Shown here: piece by piece, positions 12,700 to 25,078 of the stretch
How the letters are laid out: every line of letters begins with the position of its first letter
Numbering within the stretch: position 1 is the stretch's first letter
From: Vicugna vicugna
Lineage: Eukaryota
NCBI GenBank assembly: GCA_013265495.1
Contig: MU059614.1
Location: 969,601-1,033,600 of the forward strand
Length of the DNA stretch: 64,000 nt
Direction: 5' to 3'
Notes under the pieces: model-generated
Seen by the model: only the letters and a program-made list of their open reading frames with translations
Databases searched by the model: none
Told to the model about the DNA's origin: nothing
Position numbers and translations under genes: made by a program

Positions 12700-14361
12700 C
12701 TGAGGAGACAGCGGAGGGGTGCAGGCTACAGTCAGAGCTGTGGGGCCCCCGAGCCCGACGGCTGGCACACCACCGGGAGCACAGTGCCCTCCGGCCCGGG
12801 CGCCCCATCCCAAGGCAGACTCACAGGCCGCGTGGTCAGAGGACACCTGGCTGTGAGAAGGCTGGTGAGTGGCTAGCACTCGGGCTCCTTCAGGGTGAAG
12901 AGCTGGCACTGCTCCCTCACACTGTTTGCTGAGCTCCGCCACCACAGATGCCCGGGAGAGGGCAGCCGAGGGGGGAGGCAGGGACCGCAGCGCGGCCTGA
13001 AAGCAGCAGTCCCCGTGCTGCACCGGGGTCCCTGGCATAATAAAGGCTCTGACAAGTCCTGCAGTCAAGAAGCAGATGCAGATCCACCGTACCAGGGTTT
13101 CCAGAATGTCTCTCACATCAGACAGCTTTTCCGCTTTTCAGCCAAAACATCTGCCAATACGCTGCCAAAAAGCACGGCAGCTGCCGGCACTGAGTCTCCA
13201 ATGCAGCTGGGACTCCGCTCACAAAGGCTGCCCAGGAGGGGGTCCCAGGCCTCCCAGCAGGAGATGCTGCCCATTCTCCCTGTATCAGCTGCTGCTCGCG
13301 ACCCCAGGAAGGGACCATGCAGGCTACCCCCAATCAGAGATGAGCAAACTGAGACCTCAGAGCAGGCGCGGGAAGGGCGGGGCCAAGACAGAGGCCCTGC
13401 AGGGGCGGTGGGGCTGCCGCCTCAGGACCCAGGACCTGTCTGCAGACAGTGCTGCTGGCCCCTAGGCCCTGGCCCGCACCTCTACAGCCTGTGGGTGGAC
13501 TCCAGCAGACACTCTTCCGGGGCAGGAACCTGGGTTCCAATCCAGCTCTGGCCCGCAGCCACCCTGCACTGGGGGCAACCACATCTCCACCCATCTCAGG
13601 ACTGCAGGGCTGGGCAGGATCCAGGCACCGCACACACCCCACTTCTGCCTGAGGGTCCTCGGCCAAAGCGCCGCCAAGTCCTTGGGTCTGAGGCAGAACA
13701 CCTTGAACATGACGTGTTCCTGCCCTTAAGGGGCCCAAAGCCTTTCTGGAAAAACTGTGGGGAAGGGAAGGGGTTTCCTAGAGGAAGACAGCTGCCTGGA
13801 CTGGGAGCCGAACAAACGGCAGGCCGATCTCCCCGAAGAGGAGGGAGACATCCCAGCAGAGGTAGCAGAACATGTAGTGGAGGGACCTGAGGGTCTCAGA
13901 ATGGCGGGAGGGGGACACCGGGGCCTGACCACGAACGCGAAGGCTAGGGCTGGTTGTGAAGTGAGCGTTCTTGGGGTCCCTGGGGGAGGGCTCAGCAGAA
14001 GGGCCCCGTTACACTCCACCCGAAAAGGGGTACTGGGCTGCAAACCCAGGCTCCTCCCCACCCCAGCATGGCTGCCCTCCAGCCGATCCAGAACTGGGTT
14101 CCCCCGGAGGGTCTCCCTGGCTGGGGCACCAAGTCAGGGGCAGCTTCTGCTCATGGTCTCAGCTGAGAGGAGGGAGGCTGTCTTCCCCTCCTAACCCGCA
14201 ACCCCCACCCCAAACTGAACAGCAGCCCCCATGCTCCCCCCACAAGGCCCAGAGAGGTGGGAAGAGCCCCCTAGACGTGGTGGAGAGGTCAAGGCCCAGA
14301 GGCCTGCCCCAGAGCCGTTCTCAGGCAGGGCGGGCCCCACGGCAGCCGGAAGCAAGCATAC

Positions 14362-14574
14362 CTGGAGGCAGGAAAGGGTTGAGGGACTGAGCTGGCGGGG
14401 CTGGCCTGGTCACCAGCGAGTCCAGGTTCACCAGGGCCGCGTTGGGGCCCAGGAAGGACTCGGGGGTTTTCCGGGCACCACTGGGCTTGCTTGAGGCGAC
14501 AGTCTGGGGCTGAGACTCAAAGGGGTCGGGGCTGGTAGTCCCACTGTTCCGGGAGGGCGGAGAGGCCGCCTTGG
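14362..14574 (-). CDS. EPN2: EPN2 exon (AKAASPP...PDPFES...[21 protein letters not shown]...LNPFLPP), second clathrin box and an NPF, 213 nt
   Basis: Acceptor ttgcag and donor GTATGC. Contains the epsin signature [18 protein letters not shown]. Confidence 0.96.
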
Positions 14575-15089
14575 CTGCAAGACAAGGATGCACACGGGCT
14601 GGTGAGTGCGGAGGGCGGGGCCGACGGCCTGCGTGCGTGCCTGGCGCACCCAGAGCCAACGCGGACGCGCGCCTGCGCAGAGGGCAGATGGTCATCGCAG
14701 TGTGGTTTACAACAGCCCCCACCTGGAGACCAGCATCAGCACCGGGCAGGTCACACCCAGCCCAAGCCCAGAGCCCAGGGAAAGACGACTGGATGAGGAG
14801 AGGGAGCTGGACCAAATGAAAAAAGTACCAAATGAAAAAAGCAGGGGGCAGACAGGACGCGTGGCAGTCCCCAGAAATACTACGATGTCACTTGGGGTTG
14901 CTGGCTAGACAGGAGGAACTGACTTTTTTTTTTAACATTTCCATTTTCTAAGTTCTCTACAATGAACATGAATTTCTTAATAGTAACAAGCAAAATAATT
15001 AAAAATTCAGCCAACAGAGGGTGTTGCTGGGACAGGCCAGTGGCAACATGACGGCTCTGCCAGGATGCAAGATGGCAGTGGGTTCCAGG

Positions 15090-15360
15090 TTCTTAAAAAC
15101 GGTCCTACTTTCCGCCTGGTAATCCCATTTCTAGGAACCCAGCCTCAGGGAATGATGCACGATGTGAACAGGAACTGAAGCACAGAGATGTTCGCGACAG
15201 CGTTATTTACTTTAAGCACAACTTGAAGTCAACCTAAAATGTCCTCCCAAAATTAACAATTTGGTAACTTACTGCTGAGCCACACAGAGATACTCTGTAG
15301 CCATGAAATAAATACTTCCTAAAGAATTTTTACTGTCACAAGAAAATGTTTTCAATCTGT
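15090..15360 (+). mobile_element. Old L1M 3' fragment
   Basis: aatcccatttctaggaa...gatgttc...caacctaaaatgtcc...atactctgtagccatgaaa is typical L1 3' sequence. Confidence 0.55.
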
Positions 15361-16349
15361 ATTTCCTTAAAGAGGTGGCGACAGGATTCCACTCTCTCTG
15401 GCAAGTATGGGCTCAACAAAAAGGCTGGACGTACAAGCTCAGACAGGGTACCAGAAGGAGAGGCAGTGGCCCAGTGCGTACGGAATTACAGATGATTTTC
15501 ATTCTCTTCCATAAACTCTTCCAAACTTTCTACAGTGGGGACATTTGCAGAATCAGGGTAATTATTTCACAGGCCTGGGAGGTGCTCAGTTAACAGAGGT
15601 GGCCTTTTCCCTGAGGCGCGGAGAGGCGGGCAAGGACAGTTAGGTTGTGCTCTGGCCCGTGGAGGAGACACACAGAATCGTATTGCTCTTAGAATGCAGC
15701 AAAAGACGCGGGAAGCAGCACGTTCTAAGTTGCCTCTGGCCCCAAGAGGGGCCCAGGGGTGGTGAGGGTGCTAGGCTGCTCCTACCTCAGACCAGCCCAG
15801 CCAGGCCTGCTGGGGGAGGCGGAGGAGACCGTGGGAACGGGGAGGGGCAGAGAGAGGAGAGAGAAAGGAGAGAAGTTGCTCCATGTGGCTGGGAGGTGTG
15901 GCCCTGATGTGGGCAGGGCCCCCGGCTCTGTCCCCAGACCCACAGGGGTGCATGAAGAGGGCATCCAGCCCTTCCTCTGCCCCAGGTCCAGTCTCTCTGC
16001 ACCCCATCCTACCCCTCCCAGCCCAGGGGCACTCAGGGAGGAGCTAGGCTTGGAGACTTGACCGTGGATCTCTGCACAGCGGCCCTGATAGGGGCCGGGG
16101 GTGGGAAGCTGTCCCCCAGTGGTGTGTTGGAGACACCTGCCCATGCCCAGAGCAGGTGGCTTGGAAAAGGGGGAGCCTTTGGGGAGTTGGGAGGAGGAAG
16201 GCAGACGGAGACAGTGGCTCAAACCCGGGGCAGGGGCCATGTTGGCTGGGGAGCCAGAGTGGTAGGCTTTTGCAGTGGCCAAGAGGAGGAGAGGGTGACA
16301 GAAACTTCAACCACACTTCTTGTGGCTGCCGTGTAGTTCCTGCGACCAG

Positions 16350-16393
16350 ATGCTACGCCCCAAGACTAGACGCTACGCCCCGAGACTAGACGC
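16350..16393. repeat. Tandem duplication, 20 bp x2.2
   Basis: a(t/c)gctacgcccc(a/g)agactag. Confidence 0.9.
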
Positions 16394-16502
16394 AAAGCAG
16401 ATGCAAGGAGCAGACAGATGCTGAGACCTGACAACTGCTCCTGCAGTAACGGGCTGGTCAGGAGCACAGGACGTCCTGGAAACTGCCACCACCCTTACGT
16501 AC

Positions 16503-16589
16503 CTGCTTTTTTTGAAGCTCGGAGGTTGTCAAACTCAGAAAAGTCGTCTTTAATTGTACCATTCAAATTACTGAAGAGATCAAAGGCCC
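16503..16589 (-). CDS. EPN2: EPN2 exon (GAFDLFSNLNGTIKDDFSEFDNLRASKKA), 87 nt
   Basis: Acceptor cttccccag and donor GTACGT. Contains the DDFSEFD motif; phase 1-1. Confidence 0.95.
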
Positions 16590-16876
16590 CTGGGGAAGAG
16601 AGCAGCCGTGGCTGTGCGGCACCCCGAGGGCGTCTGGGCCCCTGTCGGGGAGCCCACTGCTCCCGCCACCCCCACCCCCACCCCAGCCAGAGGGGAGGAG
16701 GGGCCCGCGGCCGTGCAGGCGCACCCGGGCTGGGCTGGGAGCCTGGGCAGGGCTGGCCCCTCGTGGTGGGGCTGGGGCTCTATCCAGATGACGGCTGTGG
16801 GGGCAGGGGCAGCAAGCGCGGGCAAACGGACAGGCCCACGCCGAGGAGCCGCGAGGGGAGGCAGCAGGGGTCTCAC

Positions 16877-17050
16877 CAGAGGCGGCTGCGGGCTTGGCGG
16901 CCGCGGCTGCGGCCCAGGCGTCGGCGGTCTTCCCGGCACTGGGGGCGGGCTGCTGCGGGGCTGCCCAGGGGTCCGAGCTCTTGGAGGCGGAGTGGGTGCT
17001 GGCTCCAGTGGGCACCCCCCACGGGTCGACGGAGGCGGCTGGCTTGGCAC
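16877..17050 (-). CDS. EPN2: EPN2 DPW-repeat exon (GAKPAASVDPW...SDPW...ADAWAAAAAAKPAAAS), 174 nt
   Basis: Acceptor ttcccacag and donor GTGAGA. Contains AP-2-binding DPW motifs; phase 1-1. Confidence 0.95.
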
Positions 17051-17357
17051 CTGTGGGAAGGCGGGGTCGGCTCAGGGACGTGCTAAGGAAGCGCTGGGCA
17101 GCTGGGGTGAGAGAGCGACACTGAGGCCAGGAGCCGCACCGGGTCCGCCTGCGGGATGGGGCTGAGCCCGGGCGAGCGCCAGGGAAGGGGCCGCAGGGGA
17201 CCTGCCACCCCCGCTCAGCCCGCGGGCCTCCCGGCAGTGGGGGGCGTCCTCTCCCGGCCTGCCCGACAGAAGGCACGACGAGGCGGGGCCCTGACGCCCC
17301 CGTGCCGGCCTCCCAGCTTCAGGGATACCGGGAGAGGCGAGGGACAGCCCAGCCGGC

Positions 17358-17414
17358 GGGTCTGGCCTGTCCCGGGCCCAGGAGGGTCTGGCCTGTCCCG
17401 GGCCCAGGAGGGTC
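17358..17414. repeat. Perfect tandem duplication, 26 bp x2.2
   Basis: gggtctggcctgtcccgggcccagga. Confidence 0.95.
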
Positions 17415-18626
17415 CTGCGCGTCAGGCGCACGGAGCGCGCCGGGCGCCTCCCACCCCCCCCCGGGCACCCCCCGCCCCCCCCCCCCCCTCACTCCGCGGC
17501 GCCCGGCCCTGAACCGGGCGCTCGGCGGCGGCTGTATCTGGAAGACTGACGCGTGCGGAGGCGCAGCCAGCCGGGAGGCGCTCGTGCCTCCCGCCGTGCA
17601 GCGCTTCCCTGTAAGGACAGAGGTCGCGCGCGGTGCGGGTCTGGCGAGGGCGCTGGCAGGCCGTCCCGGTCGCTGTGCTGCACGCGGGCCCGCATCTCCC
17701 CCGACACGCACGCACACAACAGCGCGTCCTGCGGTGACTGGCGGGCGTGACTGCCTCCTGTCCTGGCTTATCCCAGGCCCTGCTCCTGCGAAGTGCGTGC
17801 CCTTCACCCGCCTCCTTCACCCGCCTCCCTCAGGGCTGCCGTCTGTCCCGTGCTGTGGCGGGGCTCCTCCCGTGCGCCGGGCGCCGATTCCCACTTGGTT
17901 ATGCACACCTCCTCCCAGCGTGGCCTCTCCTCCACTCACTCTTCTTGCGGGCTCCTCTGACCAACGCACAAGTCCCTTAACTTTAATGCACCAGAACCTA
18001 CCAGCGCCTCCTCTGTCACCTGTGCTTCGTGACGCGAAGGAAGCCCTTCCCCACGCAGGGCCTCACAGAGTCCTCCGCGGCAACGTCCGCTCTCACACGT
18101 CTGGATTTGTGCCGTGACTCCTGCACGTGGCCCACCACACGATTCACTCTTGAGGGTCCAGAGCAGATGACGGATGTCAGAGCGCCACGCGCCCCGAGGC
18201 CACGCAGAGCCACCGCTGTCAGGAGCGGAGTCTCCACGGTGTCCTCGCGGGGCCCCCTCTTCTGTTCTGCTGACCCACTCCGGTGTCCAGCCCCGCACCT
18301 TCTGGATGACCCGCACAGGTGCCACCACAACAGTCAACCCTGAAATCTGACACAGCAAACCCCAACCTCGATTTCCTTCTTCAGGAGTCTCTTGGCTGTT
18401 CTTGGCCCTCTGCTCTTCCATATTCATTTAAAAATCATCTTGTCAGGGGGAAAATACTCCAAAAAAGAAAACAATTCAAACCTTGTTGGAACTTTCACCA
18501 GAACTGCATTCAATCTCGGATCAACGTGAGGAAAATTACGTTACAGAGAGTCTTACGAAAATCATAGGATCTCTCACTGTTCACTTGTCTTCTCTCTCAG
18601 TGAAATCTAATCCTTTTCCCTCGGCG

Positions 18627-19195
18627 TTTTTATTTATTTTTAATTGAATACAGGTGACATACGACAGCACATTAGTTTCAGGTGTACTGTACGACTCGAC
18701 TTTGCATGTCATGAAACAACCACCAGGAGAGGTCGAGTGACCGCCTGTCCCTGCAGTTACTACAGTATCACGGACCAAATTCCTTACTGCATCTTACACC
18801 CCCGTGGCTTATTTATTTTGACTGGATTGTACCTCTTTAATCTTCATCTATTTTGCCCGGCCCCCAGCCCCTCTGCAACCACCCATTTGTTCTCTGTATC
18901 TGAGTCTGTTTTTGTTTTGGTTTTTTTTAGATTCCATATGTTAAGTGTAACATACAGTATTTGTCTTACTCTGATTTACTTCGCTAAGCATAATACCTCT
19001 AGGCCCATCTGTGTCGTTGCAAATTGCAAGCTTTCATTTTTATGGCTGAGTAATATTCCATTATATATATTTTATACACACACACACACTACATCTTCTT
19101 TACCCATTCATCTATTGATGGGCATTGAGGCTGCATCCATGTCTTGGCTACTGTAAATAATGCAGTTATGAACATTAGGGTGCATATACAATTTT
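18627..19195 (-). mobile_element. L1 3' end (L1MA/MB-like), antisense; further degraded L1M sequence probably continues to about 20700
   Basis: T-rich tail, then ttagattccatat...catttttatggctgagtaatattccatt...catcttctttacccattcatctattgatggg...ggctactgtaaataatgc. Confidence 0.85.
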
Positions 19196-22100
19196 TAAAA
19201 ATTTTGTCCTTTATTTTCATGAGGGATTTATACAACTTTTGTAAGTTATTCCTAGGGACTGGTATATTTTTAAAACTTCCATTTTCTATTTATTTACTGT
19301 TATGCAGAGAAACAACTTAATTTCATATACTAATTTTTATATCCAGCCATCTTGCTAAACTCTTAATAACTGAAATTCATCACACTTATTCTTATAGTAA
19401 TTCTAACCACTCTTAATCCCAGTAAACTCTTTGGCATTCCATGTACATAATCACATCCCTTGTAAATGATGACGGTTAGTTCTCTCTAGTCCTTACACTT
19501 TTTCTCTCATCTTCCTGTCTTGCTGTGCTGGCTGGGACCACCAGTCCCAACAGAGAGCGGGGTGCAGACAGAGTCCCTGTCTTGCCCTTAAACATTTTAT
19601 CATTAAATTGGGCTTTTTTCCGTTTAGAAGCTCTTCATCAGGTTATGGAAGTTCCCCATTATTCCAAATTTGCTAAGATTTGCAACAAATAGCTGGTGCA
19701 ACTTATCAACCTGTTTCTGCCCCCCCATTAAAATGGTCACATGATTTTTCCCTCTGAGTCTGTTAAGATGGTACATTAAGTACATTTTCTGACGACTTGG
19801 TCCTTGCAAACAAAGTTTCTCATAATGTACTGTATCACGTCTTTATTTTTCTCCTTTCCATTTTGCAATTGTTTCTTTGCTCAAGGTTTTCGCATCTATG
19901 TTCCTAAGTGGGACTGGCCTGACACGTCTGTCTCACACTGCGTCTTCCGACTGGTTCTGGCGGTCAGCTTCCACCAGCCCATAAAATGAATGGAGATGCT
20001 CCCTTTTCCTATCCAGGACAGAGTTTGTGTAAAGTGTTGTCTCATGAATGCTTAGAATTTGCCAGGAAAGCTCTCTGGGGAGGATGTGGGGGTGACGGGG
20101 GGTGACTGACTCAGTTTCTTTCACAATTACAGGACTACCCCTATTTACAGATTTGCTCAGTTTTCTCTCTTGCTTTACCCACTTTATCCAAGTTTCCGGT
20201 TCTGTCAGCAGAGCTGACCCGACGCCTCCCGCCCTGCTGGGCCTCAGCAGCACCCGCCCCACGCTCCGTCCGCCCCCACCGTCTGCCTCCCCTCTTTGTC
20301 CCTCAGATCTAGCCTCGCCTGACATGTCTCTTTTACTACCGTTTTCAAGGGCTGGCTTCCGTCTTTGCGGGTGTCCCGCCCCCTCGTGTTCTAACTCATT
20401 AACTTCTGTTCTCCTCGCTACTTCCTTCCTTCCACTGGGCCCGAAACCCAACGTGACCCCGTCCATCTGGCGCCGTTCCTCCTGATGAATGTAAACGTTA
20501 AAGCTACAAATCTCCCTCTTACTGTTGCTTCAACTGTCCCACATATTCTGATATTGAGACATTTACACTATTTTTTGGTTCTGAATATTTCTGATTGTCG
20601 TTATAATTCCTTACTTGACTCAAGAACGTGAACGTGGTTTTAAACGTCAGGTGTCTGGAGTTCCCTAGTTACTGTCTGGCTGCTGACTTCCCCTTGAGTG
20701 CACTGTGGTCAGACGTGGTCTGCGTGACCCGTCTGCAGACGTCTGCAGAGGCTCTTCTGCCGGGCACACCATCAGCTCGTGTGTGCTGCGTGTTACTGGC
20801 CCACAAGCCCACAGGCTGACAGATCGCGCTGCTCCAGTCTTCTCACGTCCTCAGCACTTCAGAAACGTGCTCCCAGCCGGCATCCCGCCCCCGGTCCTCT
20901 CCACCCCCTCCTGGGGGCGAAGCCCCATCCGGCTGCTCCTCAGGCTGACCCTGTACTTGGCGTTTGTTGTGTGGCTGGAAATGTTTCCCCTCGTTCCTGA
21001 GGAATACCGTCCCTGGATGCAGAATTCCAGAGGGTGAGTTTTTTGTTGACGTTTCTCTCACCTTCATTCTTGGGAGGCGCACGTTCTCCTTGCAGGCGCT
21101 GACGACATCATCCTGCTGCCCCCAACACCTGTCCTCCCCACTGACCGTCCGCTGCTGGCCTGACTGCTGTCTCCTGCGAGGGCCGGTCTGTGCCGGGTGG
21201 TCTGAGATGTCCCCTCCGTGGTGTTCTCCACCTAACGATGTGTCTAGGTGTGGTTTCTTTAATGGTCCTGCCTAGGATTCACGAGGCTTCCTGGATCTGA
21301 GAAGCAGCACCAGGCCACAGTTCTTAAAAGCCCCCTATCATCTTTTCAAACATCAACTTCTCTGGAACTCCAGAAAGGTGTGCATCAGACGTCCTCATTC
21401 TGCCTCTGTGTGTCCTGGCCCGCTCCCCAGACACCTGAAGGGCACCCCACCGCCTGCTGCCTCGGCCTCCAAGGCCCCCTCTCTCCCCTGGCCCCAAGCC
21501 CACAACTCTCCTGAGGCCTCCAGAATCCCCTCTGATCTTTCACTCCCATCTTCCCTGCGTTCCCCCATGACTGGCACCGCTCTCCCTGTGCCCACTTCTG
21601 CCAGATGTGACACTGGTCCCAGCTGGAGTTGCCCTGGCTCTGCCCCCAACACAGCACCTCCGGGGTCCTCGGCTGTCCTCTGGACAGGAGGGGAGTGACA
21701 GGGTGGAAACTCACTGCGTCAGGGAGGGAGACGAACTGCAGTGAGAGGAGCCGCCGAGATGCCACAGAGAAGAAGCAGGACTCGGGCGTCACAGGGAGGC
21801 CTGGGACCTGGTGCCAGGCTGTTCCGGCTCCTGGGAAACCACAGGGAAGCCGGCACACCGTCCTCAGCCTGACCTTCCCTGGCAGAATCAGCCCCTCAGC
21901 GGCTCCCAGGCCCAGTCTGAGTGAAGCTGACCCCGCCCTGGAACAGGGAGGGTTTTCACCAGCTCAAGTCAACCTACAAAATTCCCCCGTCCCAACTCTC
22001 TACGTCTAAATCCCAGACTGGCACCGGAGCTGCAGAGAAATCCTCTCTGTCCTCTGGGCTGTGGGCGTCCGGTAGTGGGGCCTGGAACTTCTGAGGCCAG

Positions 22101-24456
22101 AGGGGAGAAGACAGGGGTCCACTGGGGGCTCTGTGGGGATCCCTCACTCCCTCTGCAGCACCTCTCAGCCCTGGAGTGCACCTCTGGAAGGTTCCGGGTA
22201 AATGTCTGACTCAGGCGCGCACACACATTCAGACAGAGCTGCCCTGAGTCTCCACAGTCTGCGAACCACCAATCCAGCACGGTTCACGCACCACACAGCT
22301 CGAGGGCCCCGGCGCATGGTTCTCAACTGTGGCCGCCTTCGGGGATCTCCTGAGGGGGCTGGTAAAATACCGGCACCCCACACACTCCAGCACATCTTCT
22401 GAGAACACCCGGACTTGCAGAGGCTCCCCGAGTGGCCAGAACAGCAGCCAAGGTGCCTGAGAAGCACCTTGCTCCTGGGGTATTTGGGGCCCAGCCCAGC
22501 CCAGCCCTCCTGGGAGGCGAGGGCTCCTCGGACACAGACACCGGGTGCACAGGCCTCCCACAGACAGGCGGTCCTTGCAGCCACCTTGCTCGATCTGAGC
22601 TATGTTTGGCCAGCACGGCCTAGGCCGGGGCCTGCTCTGAGAGAGAAACACGGACACGGCGCCCATATCCAGCCCGGGGGCACCGGCAGCCAGCAGCCGG
22701 GGGTGGTCCTGAGGACAGGGTGACCACATCTCCCGGAGCAGGAATACCTGAGCCGTGCTTTCAAGAATAACCAGGAGTTCAGTCGGCAGAGAGCAGGACA
22801 GGACATAAAGTGCAGACCAGGCACTTAAAGGGGTCCAGGCTGCCCTGCCAAGACAGACAGTCCAGGAACTCCTACGCCACCCACCAGGCCTGGGCCTTGG
22901 GCGCCACCCTCCTGACGGCACACGGCACAGCACTCCGTCTCCCTCCACAGATGGCCCACAGATCTTGCAAGGCCCCCGTGCTCTGCCCACCGTGGCCTTG
23001 GAAGGCCCGGGCCAGGCCACACACCTGACAAATAAGCGCTTGCTGAGCGGATGAGGGGAGAGGAGGGCAGCACCAAGGGTGGAAAGGCCTCTTCGCATGG
23101 AGCATAGCGGCTGCCTCCTGCGCTGGGCGCATCCCGGGCCACACACACATGTTCCCAGGCACCGGGAGGCAGTCACATCGTGGGGCAGAGGGGGCCCCGG
23201 AAGCAGAGGCTGTGAGCCCTGCCCGCACCAGGTGGCCGCTCTGGGTCTGGCCGGTGCAGGAAATGCCCTGCTGACCCGGCGTGCTCCGGGTCCCCTCCTC
23301 CCAGCCTCAGCATTTCCCTCCGAGGCCCCTCAGCACGGGCTGGTAAAGGCAGGGCTTGCTACCAAGGGTGGCTTTCAAAACAGCGTTTCTTCCATCCAAC
23401 TAATGGGACCTGGGAGGGGACTCTACAGTTTCTCATTTATGAACATGTTTCGGGGTGGGGGGCCGCAAACGCACACTAGCAAATTCTATCAGTAAACCCG
23501 GTCTGTGTCTCGGTCTGGAGCTGCTCCTTGGAAGAAGGAAGCAAGTTCACTGTTACCACGCTCCAGTGAACTTGGGAGCTGGTGCGAGGCCCCCCCCAGC
23601 AGAGCTGCTGACAGCAGAAGCTACAGCAGCAAACCTGCCTCCGTGGGTGACGGAGCTGCGCTGCCCAACGGATCTCCTGACGCCTGGAAATGCTCACCGT
23701 ACGGGGCAAACAGAAGTATCCACGTCTGTACACAAAACTCCGCACAACGTGACCCCAGCTGTGTGAAACACACGTGCTGAGGGAAAGCTGACCAGTTTTA
23801 ACACTGGCTCTCTCTCAATCTGGAATTTGAGGAGACTTCCAGGACATGAATGGCCACAGAGGCCTCAGCAACAGTCCAGGATGGCATGATAATTCCAGGA
23901 CTGGGGGTCATGAGCACTGAGCCTGCCCCGATCTGCTGTGTGACCTCAGAGTAACGAACAGCCTCTCTGGGTTTGATGGTCTGCCTTCTCAAGTCACTGG
24001 TAAAAATGCCAAATGCATTAGAACCCTGGGTTGGGCAAGTAGCAAAAGATGGCGAAGTGGCAGTCCCCGGAGCACACACGGCCCCCGCCAGCCTCAGCCG
24101 TGTTCTTCATTTTTAAAATTCATTGCCAGCATTCAAAAATTTGATTTCAGAATGTCAGATTGCAATCTTCCCTTACTGCTAAATGGTTATACAAAACGTC
24201 GTCTATCTACAAAATAGATTATTATTTGACCATAAAAAGGAACAAAGTAGGGAACGCTGAAAACACGCTAAGTGAAGGTCACAGGGGCCACATGAGCTAC
24301 GAGTCCACAACACACATGAAATGCCTGGAACAGGCACCTCCAGACACAGGAAGCGGACTGGTGCCAAGGGCTGGGCAGGGGCAGCTGCAAGTCATTAGGA
24401 AGGCGAATTGTACATTATGTGACCTTTGTCTCGATTTGAAAAACATGGAAGAAGCA

Positions 24457-24590
24457 GGGAGGATATAGTAGCTCAGTGGCAGGGCGTGTGCTTAATTAGC
24501 ATGCACAAGGTCCTGGGTTCATCCCCAGTACCTCCATTAGACAGACAGACAGACAGACAGACAAACTTCATTACTCTTTCCCCCAAAACA
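24457..24590 (+). mobile_element. tRNA-derived SINE of camelid type with an internal (CAGA)n tract
   Basis: GGGAGGATATAGTAGCTCAGTGGCAGGGCGTGTGC...GGTCCTGGGTTCATCCCCAGTACCTCC has A-box and B-box-like parts, then (CAGA)n at about 24538-24562. Confidence 0.8.
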
Positions 24591-24981
24591 CCGCACATTC
24601 CCAGGAAATATAGAAAAAAACAAAATAAATTGGAAGAGAGGAACCACGTGGGCAGAACTCCATGTGATGCTCAGCTGCCTCTGAGGACCAGCGTCTCTCC
24701 CCAGCTGCACCCCTGCTTCTGGCCAGCTCCTGGTCTCCGCTGCCTGCCAGGGTGTGAGAGCCCCTGCCACTGGAGGTGGTCCTGCCCCACCAGCAGGAGA
24801 CCCCCGGCTACCCCTGAAGGTCGGGAGCCTGGTCAACCAGTGCCCTTGGCTCCAGGGCACAGTCCCGTCCACCAGCCAAAGGAAGGGATGGGCAAACTTG
24901 TTCGCTTAAAAAATATGTATTTCCTCTCCCCTGATCAGGTAATACTTACCTCTGCTAAATGTGGTAAATAAGCCAAACAGC

Positions 24982-25078
24982 AAAAAAAAAAAAAAGGAGG
25001 AAGGAGGAGGAAGGAGGAAGGAGGAGGCGGAGGAAGGAGGGAGGAGGAGGGGAAGGGGAAGGAAAGGAAAGGAAAAAG
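24982..25078. repeat. A14 plus (GGA/GGAA)-rich polypurine tract (polypyrimidine on the EPN2 sense strand)
   Basis: 97 nt with a single pyrimidine (C25028). Confidence 0.95.

Larger units (their letters stand above)
16850..17950. promoter_or_regulatory. Intragenic CpG-island-like region over the EPN2 DPW exon and its upstream intron
   Basis: Visibly very high GC and CpG density, with long C runs at 17454-17488. Observed/expected CpG was not computed. Confidence 0.6.

Noticed and set aside
12825-12850. Possible 26-nt cryptic exon (ttctcacag...CCT|GTGAGT) in the last EPN2 intron
   Set aside because: Weak exonic donor positions and no supporting context. It shows that chance acceptor-donor pairs occur here.
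24457-24540. tRNA-like sequence here and at 55714
   Set aside because: No complete cloverleaf. The body and A-rich tail identify both as SINEs.
24942-24951. ATACTTACCT, identical to the 5' end of U1 snRNA
   Set aside because: The match stops after 10 nt. It is simply the reverse complement of a consensus splice donor, not a U1 pseudogene.
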